Positions 12,885 through 24,750 of a DNA stretch of 64,000 nt are shown here, in pieces. The stretch is taken from positions 50,468,001 through 50,532,000 of the forward strand of contig NC_043006.1 of the NCBI RefSeq assembly GCF_006345805.1. Direction: 5' to 3'. Every line of letters begins with the position of its first letter. Positions within the stretch are counted from its first letter, which is position 1. The notes beneath the pieces are model-generated. The model saw only the letters and a list, made by a program, of their open reading frames with translations. It did not search any database and was not told where the DNA came from. Source of the DNA: Octopus sinensis. Its lineage: Eukaryota. The position numbers were made by a program, and so were the translations under genes.

Positions 12885-13426
12885 AGGGTTATTCAAAAGG
12901 AATGAACCGATTCCATTACGCAATATTTTAATTAGGACAAGCAGTAGAAAACTCCAGCTAAGTCACAAATATTTACTCACACTCAACTTTTATTTCCTAT
13001 CTTACAAGTGTTCAATGTGGCCACCACCTGCAGCACTGGCAACATCAATGCGATAAGAGAATTCTTCCAAGACTCGTATCAGCATATCACGATCCAGGGA
13101 CTTGATGACTGTTGTATAATTTTTTTTTGTGAGGATATGTAAAAGATCGCGTTTATGTTCCACCACTACTCACTTACCACGATGACCTTAAACATCGAAT
13201 AACAACTGCGATCAACTTAGTGAATCGTGATATGCTGATACGCGACTTGGAGGAATTCGCTTATCGCATTGACGTTGACCGTGCTGCAGATGGTGGCCAC
13301 ATTGAACTCTTGTAAGACAGGAAATAAAAGTTGATTCGGAGTAAATACTTATGACTTAGCAGGAGTTTTCTATTGCTTTTCCTTATTAAAATATTGTGTA
13401 ATGAAATCGGTTCACTGTTTTTTAAT

Positions 13427-13430
<4 letters not shown>
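12885..13430. mobile_element. Palindromic Tc1/mariner-derived MITE made of two inverted transposase 3' ends
   Basis: About 210-bp imperfect inverted arms (12885-13095 vs 13224-13430); right arm encodes ...LIRDLEEFAYRIDVDRAADGGHIELL*, the typical Tc1/mariner C-terminus. Confidence 0.8.
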
Positions 13431-13501
<71 letters not shown>

Positions 13502-13569
13502 CAATAATAAATCTCTGGCCTAGGTATAAACAGTAGCTGCACGACATCGTGAAGTATATTTGTCACTTA

Positions 13570-13700
13570 AATGTGGCTAACCCTTAAGGGTGGATTCTAC
13601 TGTAACTTGTAGCCCCAGGAGGACACCTCCTCTAGCTGGCTATTGACACACTTTCTGTGCCCTATCAGTTTCTGAGTATTGACCCGTCATCAGCCTGTGA
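13570..13700 (-). mobile_element. Short interspersed element of the family also seen at 16170-16382 and 26925-27110; truncated hammerhead
   Basis: Shared gatagggcacaga..gtgtcaatagccagct.gaggag.tgtc..ctggggctacaa; CTGATGA-CGGGTCAATACTCA-GAAAC with stem III deleted. Confidence 0.7.
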
Positions 13701-15535
13701 CAATCACCGGTTTCTCTTTATTATAGGAACAAGGCCTGAATACAGACGGGATATACACAAACAAGCGAGAACAAAAAAAACATGAAATAATGAATTAAAT
13801 TACAATGAATATGAGACGGTTTTCTCGGGCCCGCTCCAAGACGAAACCGTGATTTCTTTTTTACAATTAAACGTTCTTAGTCTTTTCTTTTTTTCCGTTT
13901 TTAGCTTGTTCTTTTTCTTAGTCTTTTGTTGTTGTTTCTTTGTTGCTTCGTTTTCTTCTTCTTTTTTCTTTAAACTTTTTAACAGTCTATTTTCTGGGGT
14001 TTTTTTTATGAAGTAAAAATGTTACTTGTTTTTAAATGTTCATAAAGGGTTTCAAATTTAATTCCACGACCGGTTGGAGCTCGTCAAACTCGACTTCAAC
14101 CCCCAGCGGGTCTATGAAAAATCCAGACATCTCTCTCAATTTCAAAAATCTCTCTTTATCTATGACTATTCCTTTAGTGTGTTCCGAGTATTCTCCTGGT
14201 GGCAGCCTTAATCTTATTACCGATTTATATTTTACTATCGTTTTCTCTATTTCTTTACATTTAGAACACGTGACCAAATGCCACTTATATCTCTTCCTTT
14301 TCACTTCTGCTTGCTTCAGCTCCCGTTCGGGTGTGCAGAAACATAACCAATTTTGTAAATGCTTCCTCTTTCTCCCTCTTGTAATGCTGGTTTTTCCTGT
14401 GTGCCTTCTTTCACTACTGCTTCTGTTGGTGCTTCACACCTATTTCTCTTTTTTTGCACCACAACCTCTTTTAGCCTTTTTTGACTGTCTGGGGGAGAAT
14501 TCAGCTGTTCCTTTCTCTTTCTCGTGTTTACTACTGTGAAGGTTTCTTCCACTCTATCTGTCTCTTTTATTAGTATTACCTCTTCGGTATTGTTTTCTTC
14601 ACTTTTCCTCTCCTCTTCGTTTTCCTTCTCGGGACATCTTGCTTTCATGTGCCCTTTTTTTGCCGCATAGGAAGCATGTTGGTGGTCTTCCTTCTACTGT
14701 TATTCGAAGTCTGCTGTCTTCCGGGAGTATTATTTCCTCCGTTACACAATGCAAATCTTTCAAAGATACCTGCATGGTCACTTTGAGGCCATATCCCCAC
14801 CAATTGACCTTTTGGGTTTTCGTTATCTTGAGGATCTCTACCCCATCCTTCATGTCGTGCATTATGACGGCTACCAGCCATTCTTCCTCGATTTCACGGT
14901 GCACTCTTCCAACTCTCACTCTGGCAACGCGTTTGCCACAGTACGTCGGAAGTAGTATCAATTTCGTTGTCCGTAACGGGTCCGTGGAGTGGTTTATGGC
15001 ATCTTCATTGCCAAACCTCCTTTCACTGAGCCATACTTTTTCCGCGTGTATAGAATGTGGTCAATATTTTAACATTTTCGAGGCATTCCTCTATTCCTTA
15101 TTTTGGGGCGAACTCTATCTAGTTCGAGGACGTAAGCAACATTCTGTATACTACCGTCCTCTTCATTATGCTTTTCATCAGTTCTTCTGGGGGAGTCAGC
15201 TTTAGACTGACTCCCTCCTTTTTTTACAAATTTTCTTCCTTCCTTTCTCTTTCTTGTGTCAATTTCTATTTCCCGTACTTCCCGGGTGTTGGCATTTATT
15301 CCTTGTGTCGTTGCCGCTGCATAACTGTGTGTAATCTCCCTCTCTCTTCCTTTCTTCACTCCTCCCGTAGATGGGGATTATACAAGTGCAAAAGAAACAG
15401 TGTCTGAAATTCAACAATTTACACAATCCAACGAATCTTGGTTCACCCGCGCGAGGAAACCTACAAAAAACATATAATATCAGTGTGCAACGATTCGAAC
15501 TCACATCGAAGAAATCACTACCAACACCCATTAGT
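13700..15535 (-). mobile_element. ORF1-only (HAL1-like) non-autonomous retroelement unit
   Basis: 5' UTR, frameshifted gag-like ORF and A-rich 3' UTR with AATAAA; its 3' ~400 bp is repeated at 15536-15937. Confidence 0.65.
14032..15359 (-). pseudogene. Frameshifted L1/Tx1-type ORF1-like protein with CCHC zinc knuckle
   Basis: Joined ORF pieces: SYAAAT..., TVVYRML, LLPTYCGKRVARVRVGRV, ITVEGRPPTCFLCGKK(GH)MKARCP, then a basic/acidic tail. Confidence 0.75.
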
Positions 15536-15937
15536 GCAATCACCGGTTTCTTTTTATTATAGGAACAAGGTCTAAATACAGAGGGGACATACACAAACGT
15601 TCGGTAACAAAAAATATATGAAAGAATGAATTACAATGAATATGAGACGGTTTTCTCGGGCCCGCTCCAAGACGAAACCGTGATGTCTTTTTTACAATTA
15701 AACATTCTTACAGTCTTTTCTTTTTTTCCTTTTTTAGCTTGTTCTTTTTCTTAGTCTTTTGTTTTCTTATCTTTTTTTCTTTTTTCTTTAAACTTTTTAA
15801 CAATTTGTTTTCCTCGTTTTTTATATGAAGTACAACTTTTAATTTCTTATTTTTAAATGTTCATAAAGGGTTTCAAATCTAATTTCACGACCAGTGGAGG
15901 CTCGTCAAACTCGACTTCAATCCCCAGCAGGTCTATA
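15536..15937 (-). repeat. Diverged direct repeat of 13700-14112 (3' end of a second tandem unit)
   Basis: caatcaccggtttct..ttattataggaacaagg ... gagacggttttctcgggcccgctccaagacgaaaccgtg ... ctcgtcaaactcgacttcaa present in both. Confidence 0.9.
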
Positions 15938-15953
15938 CGCCTATACACACACA

Positions 15954-15993
<40 letters not shown>

Positions 15994-16126
15994 TATATAT
16001 ATGCAACTAGTTTCACTTTAAAGTGAAAGATCATTGAATGGTGTCATCAAAATATATAATATCTTACATATAGATCGTGCTTGTTTCCACTTTTTCGAGA
16101 TCAGTGACTTTTCGTCACTGGAAAAA

Positions 16127-16171
<45 letters not shown>

Positions 16172-16208
16172 CATTGAGAATCATTTCCCATCACCAACCC
16201 GTGGTTTT

Positions 16209-16253
16209 CACACGCTGATGACGGGTCAATACCCAGAAACTCGGGTTTGTGTG
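16209..16253 (+). ncRNA. Minimal hammerhead ribozyme motif
   Basis: CACACG-CTGATGA-C-GGGT(CAAT)ACCC-A-GAAA-CTCGGG-TT-TGTGTG; C-A mismatch at the base of stem II. Confidence 0.6.
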
Positions 16254-16397
16254 TATCACCACAGGCTGGAGGTGGGAACGATGACTTCCCTTTGCAAGTA
16301 GTGATAGGGCACAGATAGTATGTCAATAGCCAGCTGGAGGAGATGTCTTGCTGGGGCTACAATCTCTAGTAGCCTCAACCCCTATATATACACATAC

Positions 16398-16467
<70 letters not shown>

Positions 16468-16701
16468 GAGAGAGAGAGGAGAGAGAGAGAGCGGTTATGA
16501 GATGTAATGGTGTCAGTAAGACCCAAAGGTGTCAAGTAATGCTGAGTAAGTTCTATGACCATAGTTAAGATCCAGGTTCAGTGATTATGCGAATAAGGAG
16601 TCCACCATAGGTCGTATATCAGCATGTTATATATAAAAAAAAATTCAGAATGAGATAAGAAAACACCAAGGCGGTGAAGATTTCAGAGCATTTATAAATA
16701 G

Positions 16702-16749
16702 GTCTTACAGCTGTTTCCGGGATATTTATTATATCCTTTCATCGGAGAC
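16702..16749 (-). ncRNA. Hammerhead motif, U4C core, between inverted repeats
   Basis: Minus strand GTCT-CCGATGA-AA-GGATAT(AATAA)ATATCC-CG-GAAA-CAGCTG-TA-AGAC; palindromic stem III ACAGCTGT. Confidence 0.6.
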
Positions 16750-16853
16750 GGTGTGAGAAAATGTGATTAAGCAATAGTTAATTTAAATCTTCTATTTATA
16801 AATGTTCTAAAATCTTCACAGCCTTGGTTTTTGTATCTCATTCTGTAAAGAAT

Positions 16854-16886
<33 letters not shown>

Positions 16887-17102
16887 ATATATATATATAT
16901 ATATATATACTATATATAATAATAATAAATATTAGGGAATAAATCCAAATTTACAGGGAAAAAAATCAGATTTAGGATTAAATCCAATTTTATAGTAAAA
17001 TATTATATAATATTAATTAGAGACAGAACCACTATTTTGCAAAACAAACAAGGAAAGACTTAATCAATACATAAGATTTTAATAAAAAGTCAAAAAAAAC
17101 CG

Positions 17103-17145
17103 CCACTACAATTGTTTCTTGTCCTGATCGACAATCTTCAGGTGG
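17103..17145 (-). ncRNA. Minimal type-I hammerhead ribozyme (mirror copy)
   Basis: Reverse complement of 17458-17500. Confidence 0.85.
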
Positions 17146-17457
17146 ACTTCCAATTTTCAAGTCATTTTCAAATTATGAAGTGAAATTAAATTCTATCCGT
17201 TAAAAACGTCAAACAAAATTACGTTACCATAGGAACCCACATATGTATAAAAAGTATTCCCGCTCTGGAAACGAACATCATTCAAAATTTCAAGTCAGTT
17301 TCAACTGACTTGAAATTTGAATGATGTTCGTTTCCAGAGCGGGAATACTTTTTATACATATGTTGGGTTCCTATGGTAACGTAATTTTGTTTGACGTTTT
17401 TAACGGATAGAATTTAATTTCACTTCATAATTTGAAAATGACTTGAAAATTGGAAGT

Positions 17458-17500
17458 CCACCTGAAGATTGTCGATCAGGACAAGAAACAATTGTAGTGG
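17458..17500 (+). ncRNA. Minimal type-I hammerhead ribozyme, canonical core
   Basis: CCAC-CTGAAGA-TTGTC(GATCAG)GACAA-GAAA-CAATTG-TA-GTGG; all stems paired, palindromic stem III ACAATTGT, GUA triplet. Confidence 0.85.
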
Positions 17501-17585
17501 CGGTTGTTTTGACTTTTTATTAAAATCTTATGTATTGATTAAGTCTTTCCTTGTTTGTTTTGCAAAATAGTGGTTTTGTCTCTAA

Positions 17586-17617
<32 letters not shown>

Positions 17618-17731
17618 TCAGATGAATATGGTACTTAAGTTGAGGTACCAGAATTTAGTACGGTATTCGCCATACAATTTCAAAATAAGGTGATTAAAAT
17701 CAAAATAAGCAACAAGGATATCCAGAGTTAA

Positions 17732-17818
17732 TGCAGTACGATTGTTTCATACGACTCCATTTAATTGAACAATGCAATCACTACATCAATTTAAAATGAA
17801 GAGCAATCTTCAGCTGCA
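17732..17818 (-). ncRNA. Hammerhead motif with extended stem II
   Basis: Minus strand TGCAG-CTGAAGA-(~58-nt imperfect hairpin ctc..catttt.aattga/tcaattaaatggag)-GAAA-CAATCG-TA-CTGCA; the inverted partial copy has palindromic ACGATCGT. Confidence 0.6.
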
Positions 17819-19233
17819 CAAAGACATAGAATTTAATTCAATTGTTCAATTAAATGGAGTCGTATGAAACGATCGTACTGCATTACCTCTGGATATCCTT
17901 GTTGCTTATTTTGATTTATATATATATGGGGTTGTATATATGGGGTTGTATATATACATACATGAAGACAATGATGTTTGAATTGAATGGTATACATAGT
18001 AAAACCTACCGTTATTGAATTGTGAATCATTTAGAATCAGTGGGAAGTAGTGAGGGTTTGGAAGAGACTAAGACAAATAAGTGAATAAACTGATGTTACA
18101 AAATAAAATGAAATGAAATGAAATAATAAAAGGAAAAGATCTATAATTTACAGAGAGAACTCAGTTGAATTAATATCATCTACTGCAGGGTATTATATAA
18201 TAGATTGAAATATCTTTAAAGTAATAAATTTTGTTGAGGCCAGTAAATTCATATCTTCATGATCATCATCAACGATCATTGTAGAGTGTTAGATTAGAGA
18301 TAGCTATATAATTTTAAATGTGTTTATGTGATAAGGTTAATTGTTTTAAAAATAATAACACGAACTCTAAGAATGTTATTAATATTGTTTTTGTTAAGGA
18401 AAAAAAATCAATATTGTTTAAAGATTATATTTTTAAAATTATATTTTCTAAATAAGGTATGATTATCTCTAGTTAGTAGGATTAAATCTGTAAAATCTGT
18501 AAAATTTATGGCTCCAATTTGAAATATTCAAATATTGATGGTTAATAATTTATGATCTGTAAGAACGTTTTCTGCTTAGAGCTCAGTCGAGACAAAAGCA
18601 AACCCAAAATTTATATTTGGGATTATATTTAAAAATTACAAAGATATTCTTTTGTATTCATTTACTATTCTTTTTGTATTCTTTTAATATTCTTTTAATA
18701 AGAATGCATAGAAAGAAGACGTAGATAGAAAGCTGAGATAAGTTACAGATGAAGCATCAATATCAAGAAATATTGATTCATTGTCTTGTTTTTCTTTTTC
18801 TAATTCTCTAATCCTAGTAGCATAAAACAAAAAAAAGTCATTCGGAGTTGAACATGAGACTGCTTTTAGAAGGTGCCCTATAGTGTTTTATCGGAAAGAT
18901 ATAATATACACAATGCGTGGAATAAACCAAATCAAATATATTTCTCGCTGGTACAGATAAGAGCTTCAAGATGAAATGATAACGGTTATTAGTTCGTCCT
19001 CTGAGTATTGGTTTGTCACGACCAGCTTTTCTCCGGCAAATACATGGAGCAATTGCGCTAGGTGATTTTATTGTCCTTTTTTTTTATTCCGTCTAAGGGT
19101 ATTACTCCTTATTTTATATGATATTAATTATGTATCGCTGTAGCTGCGTTTGAGATACCTAAAGAGAAACTTATTTTAAACTTATCAATGATTTGAGGAA
19201 AGCAAAATCATACACAAACTTATGTGTGTATTA

Positions 19234-19282
<49 letters not shown>

Positions 19283-19287
19283 GTGAG

Positions 19288-19569
19288 GGCGCGTGACTTA
19301 GTGGTTAGGAAATTCGGCTCACGATTGTAAGGTCGTCAGTTCGATTCCCGGCGACGTGTTGTGTCCTTGAGCAAGACACTTTATTTCACGTTGCTCCAGT
19401 CCACTCAACTAGCAAAAATGAGTTGTACCTGTATTTCAAAGAGTCGGTCTTGTCACACTCTGTGTCACGCTGAATCTCCCTGAGAACTACGTTGGGGGAT
19501 AGGCGTGTCTGTAGATTGCTCTGTCATTTGCACGTTAATTTCATGAGCAGGCTGTTTCGTTGAAGTGCT

Positions 19570-19570
<1 letters not shown>
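19288..19570 (+). mobile_element. tRNA-derived SINE family C
   Basis: ggcgcgtgacttagtggttagg A-box, gttcgattccc B-box, tgtgtccttgagcaagacacttt CORE-like segment. Confidence 0.85.
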
Positions 19571-19664
<94 letters not shown>

Positions 19665-20239
19665 TAATATAGAGTAGTTGATTACGAATATCAATGACAG
19701 CTCTGAAGGAAATAACCGATTGTCATTTTGAAAGAGGCTGCTCAGAAAATGTATAACATCCGTTGATTACGAATACATGCTGATCGATATCAAACCATAA
19801 GAAAAAAGAAACGCTTTATACATATAAATATGAAGTCATAAATTATTGTATTATTGAGACAGAAACTTAGAAAATCCGGTACAAAACTTCAAAAGTATCT
19901 GGTAAATTTATGTGTGACAATCAACGGAAGCTCTGTGGGACTCCCAAGATGTGATTCCTATATTAATTAGCTGTTCAAAAGTTACATCACAGCATAATTT
20001 TAAAAGAGGCCTGTTATAGTATCCAGATCACGATACAATTCGTAATAAACGAGGATAGCTCTGAACATTTATCTATAAGAATTGAGAGGGATATGTCATG
20101 CATACATACTCACAGCGTGAAGGAAATTTGCTTGAATGAATTTGATCAGAATACTAATAAATCAGACATGAAATATTTGCCTGCGATAGAAAATAAAAAT
20201 GAAAACTATAATGTTATAAAGATTATAGCACCTCTAATA

Positions 20240-20462
20240 TATTCTTTTATTCTCTTACTTATTTTAGTCATGTAAGTGAGGCCATGCTGGAGCACCGTCT
20301 TCAAGGCTCTTGGTCGAACAAATCGACCCCAGGACTTTTTTTAGAGCCTAGTACTTATTCTATCGGTCTGTTTTGCTGAACCACTAAGTTACGAGGACGA
20401 AAACACACTAACAGCGGTTTTCAAGCGGTGATTGGGGGCAAACACAGACACGAGAACACACA
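20240..20462 (-). mobile_element. SINE family B, 3' half
   Basis: ggccatgctggagcaccg..gtcgaacaaatcgaccccaggac..gcctagtacttattctatcgg. Confidence 0.85.
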
Positions 20463-20522
20463 CATAGATATATATATACACACATACAGCGCATGTGTGC
20501 GAGTATGTATATATGCACGCAC

Positions 20523-20589
<67 letters not shown>

Positions 20590-20590
20590 G

Positions 20591-20623
<33 letters not shown>

Positions 20624-21479
20624 CTTCGAGTGTGCTGGGGAAAGCAACTACCAAGTTTAAAGAGAGGAATCACACCCCTACCAAATTCTTGACCTCGCCG
20701 TCGCTCTTGACTGCTGGATCCAGCCAAGGAAAGACCTCCACACGCTAAAGCTGTTCAATCTAATGTCATAAACACCCCCCTCTACACACCTCCTCCATTT
20801 ACATTAGATTATCTGTACTTTATTTTTCAGCAACTGCTTCTTGAAAGCACACACACCCATCTCTATCGACATTTTGTGCTTTATTTTCATATTTTCTTCC
20901 TGAGCACATCTTCCTTAGAATCACCACCAGCATATAGCTTGGAGCGAAAAGAAAATGTCAATCTGATTACTTTTGAAGCATGTTAACTCACCTGATGAGG
21001 CTGACTGCACTATGCATTGCATCTGATGTCATTACATCGTCCCACACCAAATAGAGATCTACACAGAGTGAAACCGAAACGACTTTTGTGCTAATAAAAC
21101 TTCTAGTTACACTCCGCGTCCCGTATCAATCATTTAAAATATAATCTATGCGGACGTAGATCCATCGACGAAATCGCAGTAACGCCGTTGACACTTGGTG
21201 GCCGTAAGTGGTGAACATGATCTGAAGGCACATTATCTAGGATGCTAGACACACAACAGGCAACCACTACTACCAAAATTCTTACTATAAATTCTTCCAA
21301 TGACCTCAAACGATACTAAGCCCAACCACACACATAGATTAACAGCCACAACCACACACACACACGCACACGTGCTATCATTACACACACACGCGCGCGC
21401 ACCTGTGCGCACGCACATACCCACACATACACACACATGCCTCCTCTTGCACTCTCCTGTGTTGAAAGAACTTTTTCTT

Positions 21480-21712
21480 CACCCATTCCCTTCCGGTCAT
21501 TTCAATATGTGACCACGTGTGTATCGGCGATTTTCTTTCTCTGTCTTTCCTTCCTTGGACTTTTCCTTTTTTTTTATATTTCTGACGAAGAGCTCCGCTC
21601 GAAACGTTAAATCCTCCTTCTTTCTTTCCTTTCCTGAGCGTCCAATACCATTTACTTATTCCACGTCCTCGCATTGTTGTGCTTTCTCTTTGTTCATGTT
21701 TGGATTAACTAT
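21480..21712 (+). mobile_element. PLE-type 3' terminal module 'A' ending at (TA)n
   Basis: Contains hammerhead 21578-21612; homologous copy at 59690-59880. Confidence 0.7.
21578..21612 (+). ncRNA. Minimal hammerhead ribozyme motif
   Basis: ATTT-CTGACGA-A-GAGC(TCC)GCTC-GAAA-CG-TT-AAAT. Confidence 0.7.
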
Positions 21713-21739
21713 ATATGCATATACATATATATATATTAC

Positions 21740-21770
<31 letters not shown>

Positions 21771-21857
21771 CATATACATATATATATATATATATACATA
21801 TATAATATATATATATATATACACATATATATATATCTATATATACATATATATACA

Positions 21858-21889
<32 letters not shown>

Positions 21890-21942
21890 CATTATATATA
21901 TATACATATATATATATATACATATATATATACACATATATA

Positions 21943-21987
<45 letters not shown>

Positions 21988-22065
21988 TATATACATATAT
22001 ATACATATATATATCATATATATATATATAATATATATATATATCTATATATATATATACATATA

Positions 22066-22162
<97 letters not shown>

Positions 22163-22177
22163 ATATATATATATATA

Positions 22178-23420
22178 ACTGAAATTCATAGAAAAACAAC
22201 AGACGAAGACAGGTGCATGAACAACAAGCAGGTGTATTATTAGTTCGCTCAGGAGAGTGAGAAGGTCTTTTACGTTTGGAGCCTACGCTCTTCAGCAGAA
22301 ACAGTGAGAGTATTAAAAAAAAACTTGTGAATTTAGCGATGAAGCATGGCGACTGCTTGGGGGGAAAAGGTTTGACAGGAGGGATAGAAAGAAGGGGAGA
22401 TATGAAAGTACTGGTGATCCCAAAACGAAGGTGCACGTACATGTGTGTGAATGTGAGAGTGTGTAAGTTTGTGTGTGTGGATAAGGGCTAGTGACTTTGA
22501 CGTGTAAATGTCTGCATGTATGTGTGCCTCTGTAATGTGTGGGTGCGTGGATGATGGTGTGCGGGTGTGCAGATGATGGTGTGTGGTGTGGGTGCTGGAA
22601 AGTGGTCAGTGCAAGTGTGTGTGGAGCGGTGTGATGTGGTGGTGTGGGTGGAGGGAGTATCAGTGAAGAGAGAATGTAGGTAGGAAAGAAGAGAGGAAGT
22701 AGGTGTCAGAGCAAGAGAGGAGAGGAGAGGTGAGTAGAAGTGAAGAGAGGAAGTAGGTGTCAGATGAAGAAAGGAGGGGAGTCAGATGAAGAGTGAAGGG
22801 GAGTTGAGCCCATGTGGTGCAAAGGAGCGAGGAGAGAAGATTAATATCTGTTTATGGCGAAGGCGGTTGTCTGGATGACCCCTGTGCAAAGACAATTCAA
22901 ACACAGACAGGTGTTGTAGTGAATGACCGGTGGAGTGGAAATGGCGTTAGGCCTGGGTGTCATTGCCGAGTCTGATGTCTCGGGGGTGCTCCGCGAACCG
23001 GTCAGCCAAGCGGCGTCCCGTTTACAGATGCATAGAGAAGGGCAGAAAGAGCAGGAGATGCAGTAAATAACGTTGCTAGAAGTGCAAGCAAAGTAGTCGG
23101 TGTATGTGATAGGGGCAATGATGGGTACCTGTGAGGAAGTTAGTGTTGGAGAGGTAGGGGCAAGTGGGGCAGCGTGGTTGGAATCAGAAGGACGAGCCAG
23201 GGTAGAAACTGTGGACCAGAAGATCACGCTGGTTGTGGGCTCGTTTGAATGAGGGAAGGGGTAGCTTGGGAAAGATGTGTGAGGTGGAAGGGTCAGACAG
23301 GAGTCGCTCGAAGGCTCGGAGAATGGTGCGTTGGAGGGACAGGGTGCATGGGTGGTAGGTGAGGGGAAACGGGAGACGGGCAACGGCGTCGTGGGTGCGG
23401 CGAGAGACAGCAGTGGCACG
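22178..23420 (-). mobile_element. 5'-truncated Penelope-like element (GIY-YIG end, CT/CA-rich 3' UTR, decayed hammerhead, module 'B' end)
   Basis: RLPFPLTYHP..IFPKLPLPSFKRAHNQRDLLVHS and FACTSSNVIYCISCSFCPSLCI in minus-strand ORFs; degenerate ctgctgaagagcgtaggctccaaacgta near 22270-22300. Confidence 0.8.
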
Positions 23421-23439
23421 GTACACACACAGTATATTT

Positions 23440-23590
23440 TACGTGTTTCTTTCAGTTTCCACTTACAAGGCTTTGGTCGACCCGAGGACATATTAGAAAA
23501 CACTTGTCCGAGGTTTCATGCAGTGGGACTGAACCTGGAACCATATGGTTGGGAAATTAACTTTTTACCACAGATCCACGCCTGCACCTA
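23440..23590 (-). mobile_element. SINE family B, 5' half
   Basis: tttcttcagtttcc..aaggctttggtcgacccgagg..cagtgggactgaacctggaaccatatggttgg. Confidence 0.8.
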
Positions 23591-24462
23591 CAATTAAAAT
23601 GGTAAAACACCTATGGAAAATTGATGAAAAATTTGTAAAACCAGAATCAAAATCCTATTAAGGTAGTTAATTATTATCATCATCGTCAACCTGCCGACAT
23701 TACTGCCATGAGTCCTGGGAATCTTAGGGTCGGTTACCTGGTTTCCATGGCGTGTAAGGGACTGATATCACAGTATTCTCCTTGAACGGGACGCTAATCC
23801 ATCGCAAGGTTACTTATTTACAGCTGAGTGAACTAGGGCAGCGTAAAATGAAATTCTTAGCTCAAGAACACAACGCAGAACCCACTCTGGGAATCAAATT
23901 CATGATCTTGTATACGCGTAAAGAATGAATTGCAATCTATGAATGTGCGTTTGTTTAACAGCATAATGTTAGAAATTACCTAGCATCCCCCCCCCCTCTC
24001 ACCAGTTTGTTTCCTAAGATCTGTATTCGTATATTTTGTTATAATACTATTCAGAAAATACATTTCCAAAATACTATCGAAGTTGAAAAGAAACTAATCT
24101 AGTCTGAAAACCAAATCAAAGCCAAAACCCAGTTAGAAATCTTTATTTTCTATTTTACTTTTCTTTATCTTATTCTATTTTGTTGTTTAATTTTGTTGTT
24201 CTTTTATTTTGAAAAGTGTTGTTGGTAAAAAGAATCCCGTTGGAAGAAAGTTCCAAAATCTGATAGTTTAGTGACATTAAATTTGAAAGTCTGTAAGTAG
24301 ATAAGCTCAGTATAACATACTCAACTGTCATCAACAAGCTCATTAGCATACCATGAAGATAATCTTATCGACAAGCAGAGGATATAAACTGTCAGTGTAA
24401 GAGTTAAACCAGGTGGGAAATTGGTGAGATTGTTATATTCCATTATGTTATATAATTTGTAG

Positions 24463-24750
24463 AGGCGCAATGGCCCAGTGGCTAGGGCAGCGGACTCGCG
24501 GCCGAGGTTTCGATTCCCAGACCGGACGTTGTGTGTGTTTATTGAGCCGAAAACACCTAAAGCTCCACGACGCTCCGGCAGGGGGTGGTGGCGACCCCTG
24601 TTGTACTTTTTCACCCCTAACTTTCTCTCACTCTTTCTTCCTGTTTCTTGAGTAACGCTGCGATGGACTAGTGTCCCATCCAGCTGGGGGGAACACATAC
24701 TCCATAGAAACCGGGCCCATGAGCCTGGCTAGGCTTGAAAAGGGCGCAAA
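24463..24750 (+). mobile_element. tRNA-derived SINE, family C variant
   Basis: ggcgcaatggcccagtggctagggcagcggactcgcgg..ggtttcgattccc; tail gaaaccgggcccatgagcctggctagg shared with 36183-36400. Confidence 0.85.

Larger units (their letters stand above)
17004..17598. repeat. ~595-bp near-perfect palindrome (arms ~295 bp, centre ~17301)
   Basis: Left arm ..ttagagacagaaccactattttgcaaaac.. is the reverse complement of right arm ..gttttgcaaaatagtggttttgtctctaa..; centre cagtt-tc-aactg. Confidence 0.95.

Noticed and set aside
13700-15937. LTR retrotransposon interpretation of the 400-bp direct repeats
   Set aside because: No TG..CA ends, PBS or PPT seen, and the repeat includes the ORF's C-terminus.
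20989-21090. CTGATGAGG...CCGAAAC hammerhead-like motif
   Set aside because: Stem III does not pair and the long stem II is unconvincing; at best a heavily decayed copy.
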